From Lama guanicoe (Eukaryota): a stretch of 64,000 bases of DNA. The notes under the pieces were generated by a model, which saw only the letters and a list, made by a program, of their open reading frames with translations, did no database searches and was not told where the DNA came from. A program made the translations under genes and the position numbers. Numbering within the stretch: position 1 is the stretch's first letter; every line of letters starts with the position of its first letter. Of the stretch, positions 22,345 through 35,745 are shown piece by piece. The DNA lies in assembly GCA_013239625.1 (NCBI GenBank), contig MU053645.1, forward strand, positions 372,001 to 436,000. The letters run 5' to 3'.

Positions 22345-25169
22345 CTGGAATAAAGGAAAGTATTCTTGGCTGAATTGGTTTGAGTTGAGGAGCGTGTAGC
22401 CATGCAAAGACTGAAGATGGTTATGTAGCTCACAAAGGTCTCCAGTGGGCTGGACAGTCCTGATGGGTGTATGTGCGGAAACTTCAAAAAGAAAACACAA
22501 AAAATGACTCTTAATGCGAAGATCAGATGGGAAAGGAAAAAAGTGAGGACTTCACTCAGTAAAAAGAAATATTAACAGGCCACTAGGCTTTGATAAATGA
22601 AGCCAATATGATTTGTGTGGTAAACAGGAGGAAACATTGGACTTCATATTCTAAGTTGAGCTTATGAAAACAAATTGGATTTTTGCACCATGGTATAAAA
22701 GGAAAAAAGTCTGTAGGAGTGTAGGGTTTGTGTTAGAGGCCAGAGTTCTGACAACAGGGGGTAAGAGGGTAAAGAAAGGGACCTTGAAAATGGTTCCCTT
22801 ATGAGAAGTAAACTAAAGGAGTTTAGTGGCCTTCTATCCTTGAATATCAGAGAGAAGCCCATTCTCTACTTTGTCCTGCCTTTTGTCCAATGCAGGCATA
22901 TATCCCTCTGCCCTAATCCCCCAAGGACACTAGCCACCTACCATGATCCTACTTGCTCCAGACATTGCTTACAATTTGTCTTTCTTCTTCCCTCCCCACT
23001 CATTCACAGGAGAAACTCTGCCCCATGTGATATTTTCTCACAGTCCTGCTTTTTGCTTTCTCAAGGGAAATTGCAAAGGGTCTTGAATGGCCAGTAACAG
23101 GCGTTCTTCACAGAGGAGCTGAGTTGCCAGGAATCTTTCCTGAGGAGTGTGCCTTCTGTTTCTTTAGAGAGTTATATTCTCCCAATGGCCAGCTGCCTCC
23201 TAGGTGAGGTGAAAGTGGGTACCCTGCCGAATTTTCCTCTCGGTCTCCTGCTTTTGACCAAAGAAAGAGCAAACTGTGAGTCTAAATGGTGAAAGTCCTG
23301 CCATTAAGTTCTGGGGTGAGGTTGTTAAATACATGACTTTGCACTGTGGAACACTGGGGTACTGAAAGTAATTCTCATCTCTTTTTTGGACACTTGGGTT
23401 ATAAAGTTAGAGAAAAGCCTTCTGATTTACTGGCATTTAGCATAAAGCTGGAAAAGAGAACTATACTCAGAGAAAACTAGGTTATAAATATCAGCCTCCC
23501 ACTTAAATGCTCAGGCTGGATTCTTACAAAGTCATTAACTCAATGGCATCTTAATATAACTCAACTTTAAGTTGGGAAAAATACCTATATACTTACCTTA
23601 ACTTTGTCGTGGAGGTAAAATGAGTTACAGTGATTTAAAAATTATGTAAATACAAAGGAGTGTTATTAAACATCAACACTCCATTATCCAAAGACGAATT
23701 CTTTAAATTTTGGCTCCTCCAAAAATATTTATATTGATATTTATTGATATTTAAAATTGGCTTGGATTAATCTCTTCTGGTGCCCCTATGAGAGAACGAA
23801 GGGCTTAAAGTTGGGTTGGTGGAAGAGAGTTCCTAGAATCTGAGAAACTCTCATACTGAAATCCTAAACCCAGATTATATTCCAGATAGACATGCTTTTA
23901 AAATTAACTCTGTTTCTGTTCCTTCCAATAATGCACATATCAGAGAGTTGACAATACTGGCATTTGTAACTTGAGTAAGTCTCCTTAGTATAATAATTTT
24001 CTTAACCACATTTTACTAATAGTCTTTCTATTAATTTTTTTCTTCTTGGCCAAAGTTGTAGTTTTCTCTCTCTTTCCTGTCCCAACATATATCTAACCAA
24101 GGAAAAAGAAATGGGAATTTACTGTCTTCATGGTTTATGTTGAATTTTACTCTCTACATTTTCTCCCTGCTATGAGTAAATCGCACTACACTCAATTATT
24201 TTAGTTATGTGTAACCTGCTATGGAATAACCCCCCTTTAGTGCCAGAAGCTGCTTAGGCACCACAAATTAAGTTTGATTTAAAGCTTCACGTGTAGGGCA
24301 GCCACAGCCTTTGCCAGGCATGAGGCAGAAAGCTGATACTGTCCCTCCAGAGCAAGCCTTTCCCTCTTCATTTCTAATGCAGTTTCCAAAAACAGCTCTT
24401 CACAGGCAGCAGAAAGAAACTGGAGAGAGGATTTGAAAAATGATCCTTCATCCGTCTATTAATATATATGAGGTGTCTTAATTATCAGCTCTTGAAAATA
24501 TAGAGGTGACTTGCTTTTTTGGAATTAAGGAGCAAGTTGGTATTACGTCTATAAATCGCTCCACAGAGTAATCACAACTTCCTAGCAAATATTGGTATAT
24601 AACATTTATCAATGATTCTTTGTCATTCCCCTAAATGCCTAGCTCTGGGACAGACAGTTTGTGTAAGAGAAATAAAAGCATTAAAAGACCAGATGCTTGC
24701 TCCTAGTAAGCATTAAAATTTAAACAAGGAGACAAGCTCTAAACAGCTGAAAAAATTATAGACAGAATGAGGTAAAACAGGGTGGTACAGTCATGCTTAC
24801 AATGGGATTTTGAAAAAGGGAGAGACTATTATTGACTAAATTAGCTGGAGAAGGCTTGAGAAGACTGCTTAAACAAAAGGAAGAAGGAAGTGTTTTCTGG
24901 GAGGGAAGATAGGAACAGGTTTTTGCCGAAAGTGTGAAAGAGAGACACTGAAGAAACTGGTTTTTGAAATGCAAGATACAAATGAGGCGATCTTGGGACA
25001 CATGTCAAATAAGTTCAGAAGTATCTCATTCCAAGAGTTAACACTGAAGGCAAGTTATAGGCAATAGTGAACACTGGCAAAATTAAAAATAATAATAATA
25101 AATTCAGGTGACAGAAATCACTATCTTTGAATGCTTCATTTGGTTAAGACCTATTATTAAAAAATAATA

Positions 25170-27130
25170 CTAGAAAAAGTTTACAAGTTGTCACTCTTAC
25201 CCTTACAACAAGAAAAAAACTGAATAAAATAAAAATCAACAACTCTTCTTAGATCTGTCAGGTAATTGAGGTCCCAGGGTGAACTCCCGCCCCTCAAAAC
25301 TTGGGAGAGAGGCAAATATTGAGAATCATAGTGTCTTTGGGAGCAAAAGGCTAGGAATGGGAGCCAGTATGAATAAAAACACTTAAACTGTAATTGATGA
25401 GTCACTACAGGTGCAGTATGGACTAGCTTGAGAGTTAAAAAAAAAAAACAACTCTGTGGGATCTGATCTTAGGAGTGCCCCATACTTTCATGAGTTTTGC
25501 TTCTAGGAGCCCTACCAGTTCAGGGTGAAGATCAGAGACAAATTCCCTTATGCTTTTGACAGGGGAAAGGGAAAATCAACTATCCTGAAATGAGCCCAGA
25601 GCATTCTGCTCTTCTTAACAAAGAAATGCCTTCAAGGGAAAATCTTTTAGCAGAGCCTAAATTACTTGGGTTTTACCAAACCTAGGGTATCAGAGGAAAG
25701 AGAAATATCCAACTTCAGCCCCCTAAAGCTTTGCTGTCTCATAATCGAAGAAGCGGAGGAAAGCTGAGAGGCACTTGTAAAGGTCACAGCCCAAAGGCAC
25801 AGGATCATTAGAAGACTGAGACTTTATCACAGGATTATAGGATGCTTACCACCACATCAGTCAAGCTCCTGTGTGATTACAAGGCTTTTAGCTGAAAGAA
25901 CTGCAAACCTCAGTCCCTATTTAAGAAGCAGTCTCTAGGAAAACCCAAAGAAAACACTGGAGACATATACAAGTACATTAGGAAAATTTAGCTTCTAATA
26001 CCCACAACTATAGAAAACAGTAAACACAGCCTAACTCTTACCCACATAAACATAATATGTCACGCTAAAGACCTCTTTATCTCAGTTCCTTCTACCTGAT
26101 ACATCACACATGGCTTTCAACCAAAAAAATTACAAGGCACGCTAAAAAGCAAAAAACAAACAAACAAACAAAAAACAGTGTGAAGAGACAAAGCAAGCAT
26201 TATAACTGTATTCAGATATGGCAGAGAATTATCAGAATGGTAATATAAAATAACTATGATTAATATGTTAAAGGCTTGAATAGAAAAAGTGAACATACCT
26301 CAACAGATAGGTAATATAACCAGAGAGATGAAAACTCTAAGAAAGAATCAAAAGGAAATGCTAGAAATCAAAACACTGTAACAGAAATAAAGAATGCCTC
26401 TCATGGACTCATCAATAGACTAGACATGGCCAAAGAAAGAATCAGTTTTCTTGAAGACAGTCAATAGAAATCTCCTAAATTGAAAAGACAGAGAATAAAG
26501 CATGAAAAAGGAACAAAATATTGAACATCTGAGGTATAACTAACAAAGGAGTAATATACATGTTAACTGAAATACCAGGAAAGGAAAGAGAGAGAAACAA
26601 TAGAAATACTTGAAATATTAATAACTGAGAATTTTCCAGACACCAGATGATAGGGGCAGGAAGCTTAGAAAATGGCAAGAAGAGTGAATTCCAAAATAAT
26701 CTACACCTCAATATATTACATTCTAACTGTAGAAAATGAAAAAAAGAAAATCTTGAAAGAAGAGGAGAAAAAAACTTACCTATAGAGGAAAAAGAATAAG
26801 AAACATATCAGACTTCTCTTTAGAAACCATACAAGTGAGAGTGAAATATTTAAAATGTTGCAAGAAAATAACCAGAATACTGTATCCATCTAAATTATCC
26901 TTCAAAATGAAGAAGAAATAAAGACCTTCTCAGACAAATAAAAACTGAGGGAATTTGTTGCTGGTAGGAATGTTAAAGGAAGCTCTTAAGAGAACATAAA
27001 AATGATACAGGGCAGAAATTTGGATCTACATAATGAAAGGAAGAGTGTTAGAGAAGGGATAAATGAAGATAAACTAAAATATTTTACTTTTCTTATTCAT
27101 AACTGTTCTAACAGTTAATAGCTTGTTTTA
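25170..27130 (+). mobile_element. Old L1 5' region with degraded ORF1
   Basis: A-rich ORF1-like text: gagatgaaaactctaagaaagaatcaaaaggaaatgctagaaatcaaaacactgtaacagaaataaagaatgcc...gacttctctttagaaaccatacaag...aaataaagaccttctcagacaaa. Confidence 0.75.
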
Positions 27131-27139
27131 AAAAATGAT

Positions 27140-28495
27140 AGCAGTAATAGCAATTATAAGAAGAGTAAGTTCTGGGGATCTGATATATAGCATAGTGACT
27201 GTAGTTAATAGCATGATATTGTATACTTGAAAGTTGCTGAGATTAGATCTTAAGCATTCTCACCAAATTAAAAAGTTATGTTAAGTATGTGAGCTAAACT
27301 AACATAATGGTGTATGCCAAATTATACCTCAATAAGATAAAAAGAAAGTGAAAACGTAACCTACAGAATGGGAGAAAATAGTTGTGAACCATATATCTGA
27401 CACGGGGTTAATATCCAAAATATATAAGAAACTCTTACAACTCAATATAAAAACAAAACAAAACAAAACACATAACCTGATTAAAAATGGGAAAAGGACC
27501 TGAACAGACATTTATCCAAAGAAGACATACAAATGGCCAACGGGTATATTTTGAAAAGGTATTCAAATTCACTATCATCAGGGACCTGCAAATCAAAATC
27601 ACAATGAGATATCATCTCAAACCTTTTAGAATGGCTATTATCAGAAAGGCAAAAGATAAGAATTGTTGGCCAGAATGTGAAGCAAAGAGACCCCGTACAT
27701 TGTTGGTGGGAATATAAATTGGTGCAGCCACTATGGAAAACAGTACAGAGATTCCTCAAAAAATTAAAAATTGAACTAACATGTGATCTAGCAATCCCCC
27801 ATCTGGGTATATATCCAAAGGAAATGAAATCAAGATCTCAAACAGATATTTGTACACATTGAGAGTATGGCTTGGTTTCCATAACCAACGTACGGAAACA
27901 ACCTAAGTGACCATCAGTAGATGAATGGATAGAAAATATGTGGTTTATATGCACAATGGAATATTATTCAGTCTCAAGAAAAGAAAATCTTGCCATTAGT
28001 GACAACATAGGGAAACACGGAGAACACTATGCTAAGTGAAATAAGTCAGACAGAGAATGAAAAATACTGTGATATCATTTATATATGGAATATAAAAAAG
28101 CTAAACTCATAGTAACAGAGTAGAATGGTGGTTACCAGGAGCTGGAGGGTGGAAGAAATAGGGAGATACTGGTTGGTGGATAAAATGGGGAAATGCTGGT
28201 CAAAGGGGACAAACTTTCAACTGTAAGGTGAATAAGTTCTGGAAACCTAATGTACAGCATGGTGAATATAGTTAATATTACACTATATACTTGAAGTTTG
28301 AGAGGAGAGTAAATCTCAAGTGTTCTCACTATTCAGACACAAAAAATGGTAACTGTATGGTAATGGGTATGTTAATTAGTTTAATTGTGGTAATCATTTC
28401 ACAATGTATACATATACCAAAACATCACATTTTATACCTTAAATATGTACAATTTTAATTTTTCAACCATACCTCAATAAAGCTGGAATTTTTAA
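27140..28495 (+). mobile_element. L1MA-type fragments: ORF2 C-terminus and 3' UTR
   Basis: ORF remnants IKITMRYHL and [41 protein letters not shown] match the L1 ORF2p C-terminus; ends acctcaataaagctgg. Confidence 0.9.
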
Positions 28496-28569
28496 AATCA
28501 AACATGAAATAGAGAAAAGAGATTTGATCCCCCTTCCAACATAAAATAAAATAAAATAAAATAAAATAA

Positions 28570-28960
28570 AACTTCTAATTCCCAGATCATATGCTAGTTC
28601 TATTTTTTTGAGAATTTTAGTATTTTGAGAAACCTCCATACCATTTTCCACAGTGGCTGCACCAATTTATATTCTCACCAATAGTGTACAAGCATTCACT
28701 TCTCTCCACAACCTCACCAACATTTGTTACTGGTGTTCTTTTTGATTATAGCCAGGTGTGAGGTGATATCTCATTGTGGTTTTGATTTGCATCTCTTTGA
28801 TGATTAGTGATGTTGAGCTAATGTACTTGTTGAGCATGTACATGTTGGTCATCTGTATGTCTTCTTTGGAAAAATGTCTATTCAGGTCTTCTACCCAGGT
28901 TTTAATTGGGTTCTTCAGTTTGTTTGCTTTTTGATATTGGTTTGTAAGAGCTGTTCCAAT
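28570..28960 (-). mobile_element. L1 ORF2 C-terminal fragment, inverted relative to its neighbour
   Basis: minus-strand ORF remnant [21 protein letters not shown]...[17 protein letters not shown]. Confidence 0.88.
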
Positions 28961-29779
28961 TTTCATTCAGTGTAAGTGGTCCCTTAAACCAAACTGAATC
29001 CTCCTTCAATGTCTAGGTACCTTGCAAGTCTTTGGGTCTTTATTCAAATGTGAGTAATCATTGTTTAGGAATAATGATTGAGAATATCAAGAATAGAAGA
29101 TAGTTTTTAAAAATCCTCTTAAACAAAATATTTTAGTGTCATTTGCTTTCTAAAAAAATTTCCGTAAAAGTCCTACTAGTCAAAGACCAGGACCAAGCCC
29201 ATGGTCTGTCAAAATCAGATTTATTGACCGAATGCACTGAGGAAGGTACACCCCAGAGGAACTGTGGATTTCTTCTTCTTGATTGAAGGGAATAAGAAAG
29301 CATCTTTTGTAACGTTTGGGTTCCCACTAAAAGATTCCAAGGAAAGTATGAGAAAGGAAGGATAGGTTCTGGATTGACTGCAGTTTCTGAGGCAACTGGG
29401 GAAGGGGGACTGATGAGGAAGTAGATACTTTCATGAGGCAAAGGTGGCTTAGTAATATGAAAAGGGCAAAGCAGATCTGGGCATCACCGATAAGAAAGCA
29501 GTAGTCACTCAAAAAAGGTGGGGATCATTATGGCATTTTACAACTGCTGCATGACCTTGGAGAAAGTGTTTTCTGTTAACTTTGCAGCTGGCTTTGTCTG
29601 TCCTCCCAGCCTGATTAATAGTAGGCCTGCTTATTCTCAGTCCAGAATGATTTTTACTCTTTCAGTCCTGGGCAGGTTTTGACTCTTTATATCCTAAATG
29701 TGGAATATAACAGAACATTCTGGGCAATTGAGGATTCTTGCTAGTTGTGTTTTGATAAATTCAATCTATTTCCACGGAA

Positions 29780-29960
29780 CTGTGAATCAACTGCCCAAGG
29801 ACAGCTCTTCCTCAGTCTCTAAGCCTCGGTATTTTTTAATCTGTAAAATAAACTTATACTATTTATCTCAAATGAGTATCATAAAAATACAATATAATTT
29901 AGGATGTCAAATGTTTTTGGAATCTACTGTGTAGTATAAAAAGCATGGAGGAATTATTAT
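29780..29960 (+). mobile_element. MIR SINE
   Basis: cagtctctaagcctcggtattttttaatctgtaaaat... Confidence 0.55.
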
Positions 29961-32900
29961 TATCAACATCATCTAATTATAGGTTCTTGTCTAGAGCAGC
30001 TTACAACACAAAACACCATATTTGACACTGGGCATCTATGCTCTGCAAAGTAGATGAAGAGAGGTAACAAATATATCTCAGGTGGGCTTTAAATATTTTA
30101 TGCATAGGTCAAGGCTAAGACTCACTGTGGAAGTGGAGCTGTGCATAGTAGAGTTAAAACTCCCCCAAATCATCCTTCAGATGAATGGCCATTAAGGCTG
30201 CCCTTACGTAAAACTATGCCTGCTTATGAAGTTTACTTTTCCATTGAAGCCCCCTCGTGACTTATAAAATCTACGTTCACATATAGGTATGATGAGATTT
30301 GAAACTTATTTAAATCAAAGGCAAAGTGATCAGTATTCCTTCTCCCAGTGGGATGAGCTGAGAGGGAGAAAAAAGAAGAGATGGTGTGTGTGTTGAGGGG
30401 GTTGTTTTGTTTGGTTTTTAGCTCAATTTGGGGATGGCCAGAGCAGGTGGGGTGCTTCAAGGCACTGAAAAGGCACAGTAGGAAGCTGTCAAAACAGATC
30501 CCATCATTTTGCCTTGGGGCTAACTACATATCCACAGCTCCATATTATTTTTTCATTGGTGAGATATTAATAGGCTATTTTGTGTCTTTAATACAGGCTC
30601 ACCCTATTTTAAGAATAAAATATTTTCATACCTGTATCACATTCCCTTCTTTTAAGAGCATTTTATTCATTCAAGAATAGTATGTTAAGGTAAAGGGAGG
30701 GAAACAGAAAGCTGGAATGTGGTGGAAGCAGGAATAAAAAGACTGAAACTCACAAAGCCCATATTCAACTTGTAGCCTTTCAGGAATTGAAAGTACATTA
30801 AATTATTTGCATTTTAGGAAGCTTGTCTGTAATACCTTATGATAAACTGAATACGTTTTTCAGGTCAAGAATTATAAAAGATTTGGTAAATTTGTTTTAT
30901 AGTATTGCCTGAGGGAGAAAAACATTAGATATTAGTAAGGAGATTTGTAAAGTGAGATTTATAATAAAAAATTTTACTCTCCATTGGGACAAGGCAATTG
31001 CACTAAAATTCATGTAGTCTCCATTGACAATCAGATGCAATTCACAACCCTGCAGGGAAGCTTAAAGACTATTATTTCTTGTTTAATAAGACTAGTTCAA
31101 TTTCTCTGGTATTTTTTATTAGCACTGTGGAATACATACCTCACTAGCCAAATTCTTTCTAAAATTTTCAAGTCTCTGGTAAGATTAATTAAAAGGAATT
31201 TCTGTAAAGGTGTGGAACTGGGTTGGCCTTGCTAGAATGTTCACACCCAAAGGCTACTTTTCATAAACTCTATTATCCCACTTTGCAAGCCATTCCCATT
31301 AAGTTTAAACAGAGAAACAGAAGTTGGGAAGTCCTCTCCTCATGATGGTTTCCACTGGGTCTCCTTCAAATAATTATTTGACTTCTCTGAATAGACATGG
31401 TAGAACTTGTAGAAAGCAGCTTGTTGCAAGGATGTTAAAATGTTAGATAAAAGGAACCAGATTTGTACAATTGTAGCTTATACTACTGCACATACTACAT
31501 TCCTACAAATGAGATCCTCTGGAGTCAGTGGAAAGGTTCTGATGCAGTTGTATAGGATAGGTTGGCAATTGTGACTGGATACTACATTTGGGTTCACATT
31601 TCCTTAGGGCTCAGTCTCTTAGCAATATCAGAGACTTCAATAGGGCTATGCCAATTTCTGCCTAAAGGGAGATGAAGGGGAATCTGCACACTCAGAGTGG
31701 AGTCTGAGTGCTTTGACATTAGACTACAAGTAAGGAGATACAAGGAACCATGGTGGTCAAAGTAACCCAGAGAGCAAACAAATGAGAACTCCAAATTTAA
31801 TAAAATATGCTAGTCAACCTGGAAAGTAATTGGTGAATGCAGAAGTAGCACTTATTATATGTAGTCCAAGTGACATTATTTCATCAAGCCTTTGATAAAT
31901 ATCCAAGCTTTTTCCTTAGGTAGATGTTTTTTTCAAAGTCTTCTATTCCTCTGAGGCAATACTAAGAGATAAAAGTATGATATATACTTCTAGGATCAAG
32001 CTGCTGCCCAGGAAATGGAGAACCTAGGCAGTTGGTCAGTCCTTCTGCCAGATCCATTGCCTTTGTGGCATCTTCTCCATTAGTTAACTGCCTGAGAGCA
32101 ATTTATTTACATTCCCACTTCTTAGATCTACTGGACAGTGTACTTCTGACATGTGTGCACAACACAAGAGCTGCGATTCAATTCAAATATGAAGTGAATA
32201 CAATACCCTGAGGGAGAGCTATGCATCCAGAAGGAAATTTTGTTTCCAGAAATGCTTTTGAGAGGAATCCTCTACTTAATATCTTCAGCATTCTGCTGTC
32301 AGAACTTTTCCCTTTGGAGAATATGTGTGGGCTATGAAAGAGTGCAGATCTTCTCTTGGTTGAACTAATGGTATGATTAACAACTTTTTTTCCCTAATAA
32401 AACTACCAGATTTGTTCCCATCTGTCATGTTGTATAAAAATCTTGTTTCAAGGACATTGGCTTTGGGAGCTAGGAGATAGAATCTAGTAATTAACTCCTG
32501 TGTTAGCATAAATGGCCATAGCCTGAAGGAATTCCTGCACCCACACAAGCTCCCAAATAGATCATAGATTGTACACTTAATTTTACAGAATGGCTGACTG
32601 TGTGTTTCTCTTGGCCAGGAATTCCTGCCTCTTTGTTTGTATTTCTCTGATGGTGTCTCCAGCTAGTTAGTAGGGTTTTGTGAAATTTTCAAAACAAATT
32701 ATGTTACTTTTCTCCTCTGCAAATATAGGTATGTTCCCTTTTTAGATTGGAAAAGTTGTGAATGATGGAGAAAGGATATAACAGAATTTTTTAAAAAATG
32801 ACCTTTTGCAAGTCCTGAAAGTTTGCCTTCCTATAGCATTTACTATCTGGTTGATTCATTTGGCACCTAATATAGTGGCTGGGACTGGATTAAACTGTTT

Positions 32901-33127
32901 TACATATGTAATTTTTGTCTCCCATCACTCTAATCATTTGCTGCTAGAGCAGGAGCAAGGCCTAACTTTTCTTTTCTACAATGGTACAACCACTTTGGAG
33001 TATAGTTTGGCAGATTATTAAAAAGTTAGATAGTCCTGGAGAAGAAGGAGGACAGGAATTAAAAACTAAGGACATTTGAATGATGTATTAACTTCAGTGG
33101 ATAATAATGTATCAATTTTGGTTCTTT

Positions 33128-33236
33128 AAAAAATGTTTTTAAAATTTACTTTTAATGGAGGTGCTGGGGAATTGAATCCAGGGCCTCGTGCATGCTAAGT
33201 GAGCAATTTACTACTGAGCTATACCCTCCCCTCTCC
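33128..33236 (-). mobile_element. tRNA-derived SINE, camelid vic-1-like, with TSD
   Basis: minus strand GGGGAGGGTATAGCTCAGTAGTAAATTGCTCACTTAGCATGCACGAGGCCCTGGATTCAATTCCCCAGCACC; TC(A/G)ATTTTGGTTCTTT at 33112-33127 and 33237-33252. Confidence 0.88.
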
Positions 33237-33338
33237 TCGATTTTGGTTCTTTAATTGTAAGAAATGTAACATAGTAACTTAAGTTGTTAATAAGAGGATA
33301 AACTGGGTATAGGGTATGTAGGAATTCTCTATACTGTC

Positions 33339-33707
33339 TGCTATGAACGTAATGTTTGTTTCGCCTCACACAATTCATATGTTGAAACAGTCCCCTAATG
33401 TGATAGTATTAGAAGGTGAGGCTTTTGGGAGGTGATTAGGTCATGAGAGAGGAGCTCTAATGAATGGGATTAGTGCCCTTATAAAAGGGACTCTAGAGAG
33501 CTCCTCACCTCTTTTGTCATGCAAGACATGTGAGGGTACAGTGAGAAAATTGCCATCTACGAACCAGGAAGTGGGTCCTCATCAGTCATTGAATCTACTG
33601 GTGCCTTGACTTTGGACTTCCCAGTCTCCAGAACTATGAGAAATAAATATTTGTTCTTTAGGTCACCCAGTCTATGAAATTTATAGCAGCCTGAATAGAA
33701 TAAGATA
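33339..33707 (+). mobile_element. Solo LTR, ERVL-MaLR (MLT1A-like)
   Basis: starts tgctatg; aattcatatgttgaaa...gggaggtgattaggtcatgag...gggattagtgcccttataaaag...ttggacttcccagtctccagaactatgagaaataaa; ends taagata; 5-bp TSD ctgtc/ctatc. Confidence 0.88.
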
Positions 33708-33789
33708 CTATCTTTACAATTTTTCTGTACATCTAAAAACTACTGTAAAAATAAAAATTCTTTTTAAAAAGCTAAAAAAAAGTAAAACA

Positions 33790-34370
33790 GTTAGACATAC
33801 ACCTATGATCTGATTTATCCATTCCATATCTAGACATGTATCACAGTAAAAAGGAAATATATATGCATACAAAGGTGCATGCACATATGTTCATAGCAGC
33901 TTTATCTGTAATGGTCCTCAAACTGGAAACAATCCAAATGGCCATCAACAGTGAATGGTTAACCAAACTGTTTATATCCATATAATGGAATACTACTGAG
34001 CAATAAAAAAGAATGAACTATTGATACACATAACAAGATGGATGAATCTCAAAATAATTGTGTTTAGTGAAATAATCCAGACAAAAAAGTGTATATATTA
34101 CATAATTCTGTTTATATAAAACTCTAGAAAATTCAAACTGACTTATAGTGACAGAAGGATATGTTGTTGTGAAGGAAGGGCAGGAGAGGGGGAATTACCA
34201 AGGGGCATCAGGAAACTTGTGTGTAATTTATGTGTACATTATGTTGATTATGGTGATGGTTTATAGGTGGATACATATATCAATCAGCCCTTACAGATTA
34301 TATGCTCTTTATAAATTGTATGCTTACTGTAAGTCAATTATACCCCAATAAACCTATTTAAAAAAATCTA
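33790..34370 (+). mobile_element. L1ME/MD-type 3' region
   Basis: atgttcatagcagctttat...aactggaaacaatccaaatg...atggaatactactgagcaataaaaaagaatgaacta...caattataccccaataaa. Confidence 0.8.
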
Positions 34371-34799
34371 ATCCGTCATATATAGGAAAAAGGAAATAAT
34401 TATCTTAAACTCATTTAACTACTACTTTTGATCATGAAGCATACTTCCAAGCTTTTTGGGAGTGGACATTTTGCTCCCATGTACCACTGTACCTACCACT
34501 GGCTCTTTGGGGACAAGTTTCTTTCTCTGAAAAATGAAGAGTGACCCTTAAAGACTTTTACAGGCAGATATGTTGAGACTTATTCTAAACATGTATCATT
34601 TGAAATAATTTAAAAGAAATTCATTTGCATTAATGTTATAAACTTTAACTTGAAATTGGCTAATAAAGTGTTACTTATCACTCCCTTAAAGTTTAAATGG
34701 GAATTAATAGTTTAGAATTAATTTGTAAGTAGTATATTGATTATTTTTTTCCTGAATGTCTGTTTTATGCCAGTCAATTAATTAGGAGGTTTTTTTAAG

Positions 34800-35745
34800 G
34801 GAAAAAAACAGCTTTATTGAGATATTATTTATATACCATACAATTCATCTGTTTAAACTATCCAATTCACTGCTTTTTAGTATATTCACAGATATGTGCA
34901 ACAGTCAAACATTTGTAACATTTTCATCACCTCAGACTCCTTAATGGGTATAGGGATTCCTTTTGGGGTGATGAAAACTTTTTGGAACTATATAGAGGTA
35001 GTGGTTGCACAATATTGTGAATATATTAGATGTCAATGAATTGTACGCTTTAAAATAGTGCATTTTATATTACAAATGTATCCATTATATCAGAGAAAGT
35101 CCTACAAAACCCACCCATACACCTTAGGTATTTACCCCATCCCTCCATTCTGCCAGCCCTGAGCAAACACTAATCTACTTTCTGTCTCCACAGATTGGCC
35201 TATTCTAGATACTTTATATAAATGAAATCATAAAATGTGTGGTCTTTTGTCACCCGCTTCTTTCACTAAGAATGTTTTCAAGGTTCATCCATGTTGCAGT
35301 GTGCATTAGTACTTCGTTCATTCCTTTTTATGGCCGAATAATATTCCACTATATGACTATCCCACATTTTATTTATCCATGCATCAGTTCCTGGTCATTT
35401 AGGGTGTTTCCACTTCTTGTCTGTTATGAATAATGCTGCTATAAACATTTATGTACAAGTTTTTCTGTGGATATATGTTTTGATTTCTCTTGGCTATCTA
35501 TCTAGAAGAGGAATTGCTGATAATTCTATGTTTAACCATTTGAGCAATTTCAGAAAGTGGCTGCACCATTTTACATTCCCACCAGCAGTGTATAAGGGTT
35601 CCAGTTTCTCCACAACCTCACCAACACCTGTTATAATCTGACTTTTTGATTATAGCCATCCTAGTGAGTATGAAGTATTATAACATGGTTTTGATTTACA
35701 TCTCTCTGATGACTAATGAATGTCAGGTATGTTTTCATGTACTTT
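34800..35745 (-). mobile_element. L1MB-type 3' region containing an oppositely oriented L1 3' piece (about 34940-35075)
   Basis: cagctttattgagatat...ttttcatcacc; caaggttcatccatgttgcag...ccattttacattcccaccagcagtg; internal plus-strand ttttggggtgatgaaaa...gtggttgcaca. Confidence 0.85.

Larger units (their letters stand above)
33085..33780 (+). mobile_element. Old L1 (L1MC/MD-like) 3' end, host to a SINE and an LTR
   Basis: ataataatgtatcaat...taattgtaagaaatgtaac...aactggg...ggaattctctatactgtc, resuming tttacaattttttctgtacatctaaaa after the LTR. Confidence 0.7.

Noticed and set aside
22345..22487. N-terminal part of the 126-aa ORF (and the flanks of ORFs 36684-36947 and 7570-7758)
   Set aside because: These are intronic extensions of real IL1RAPL2 exons; the splice sites define the true coding limits.
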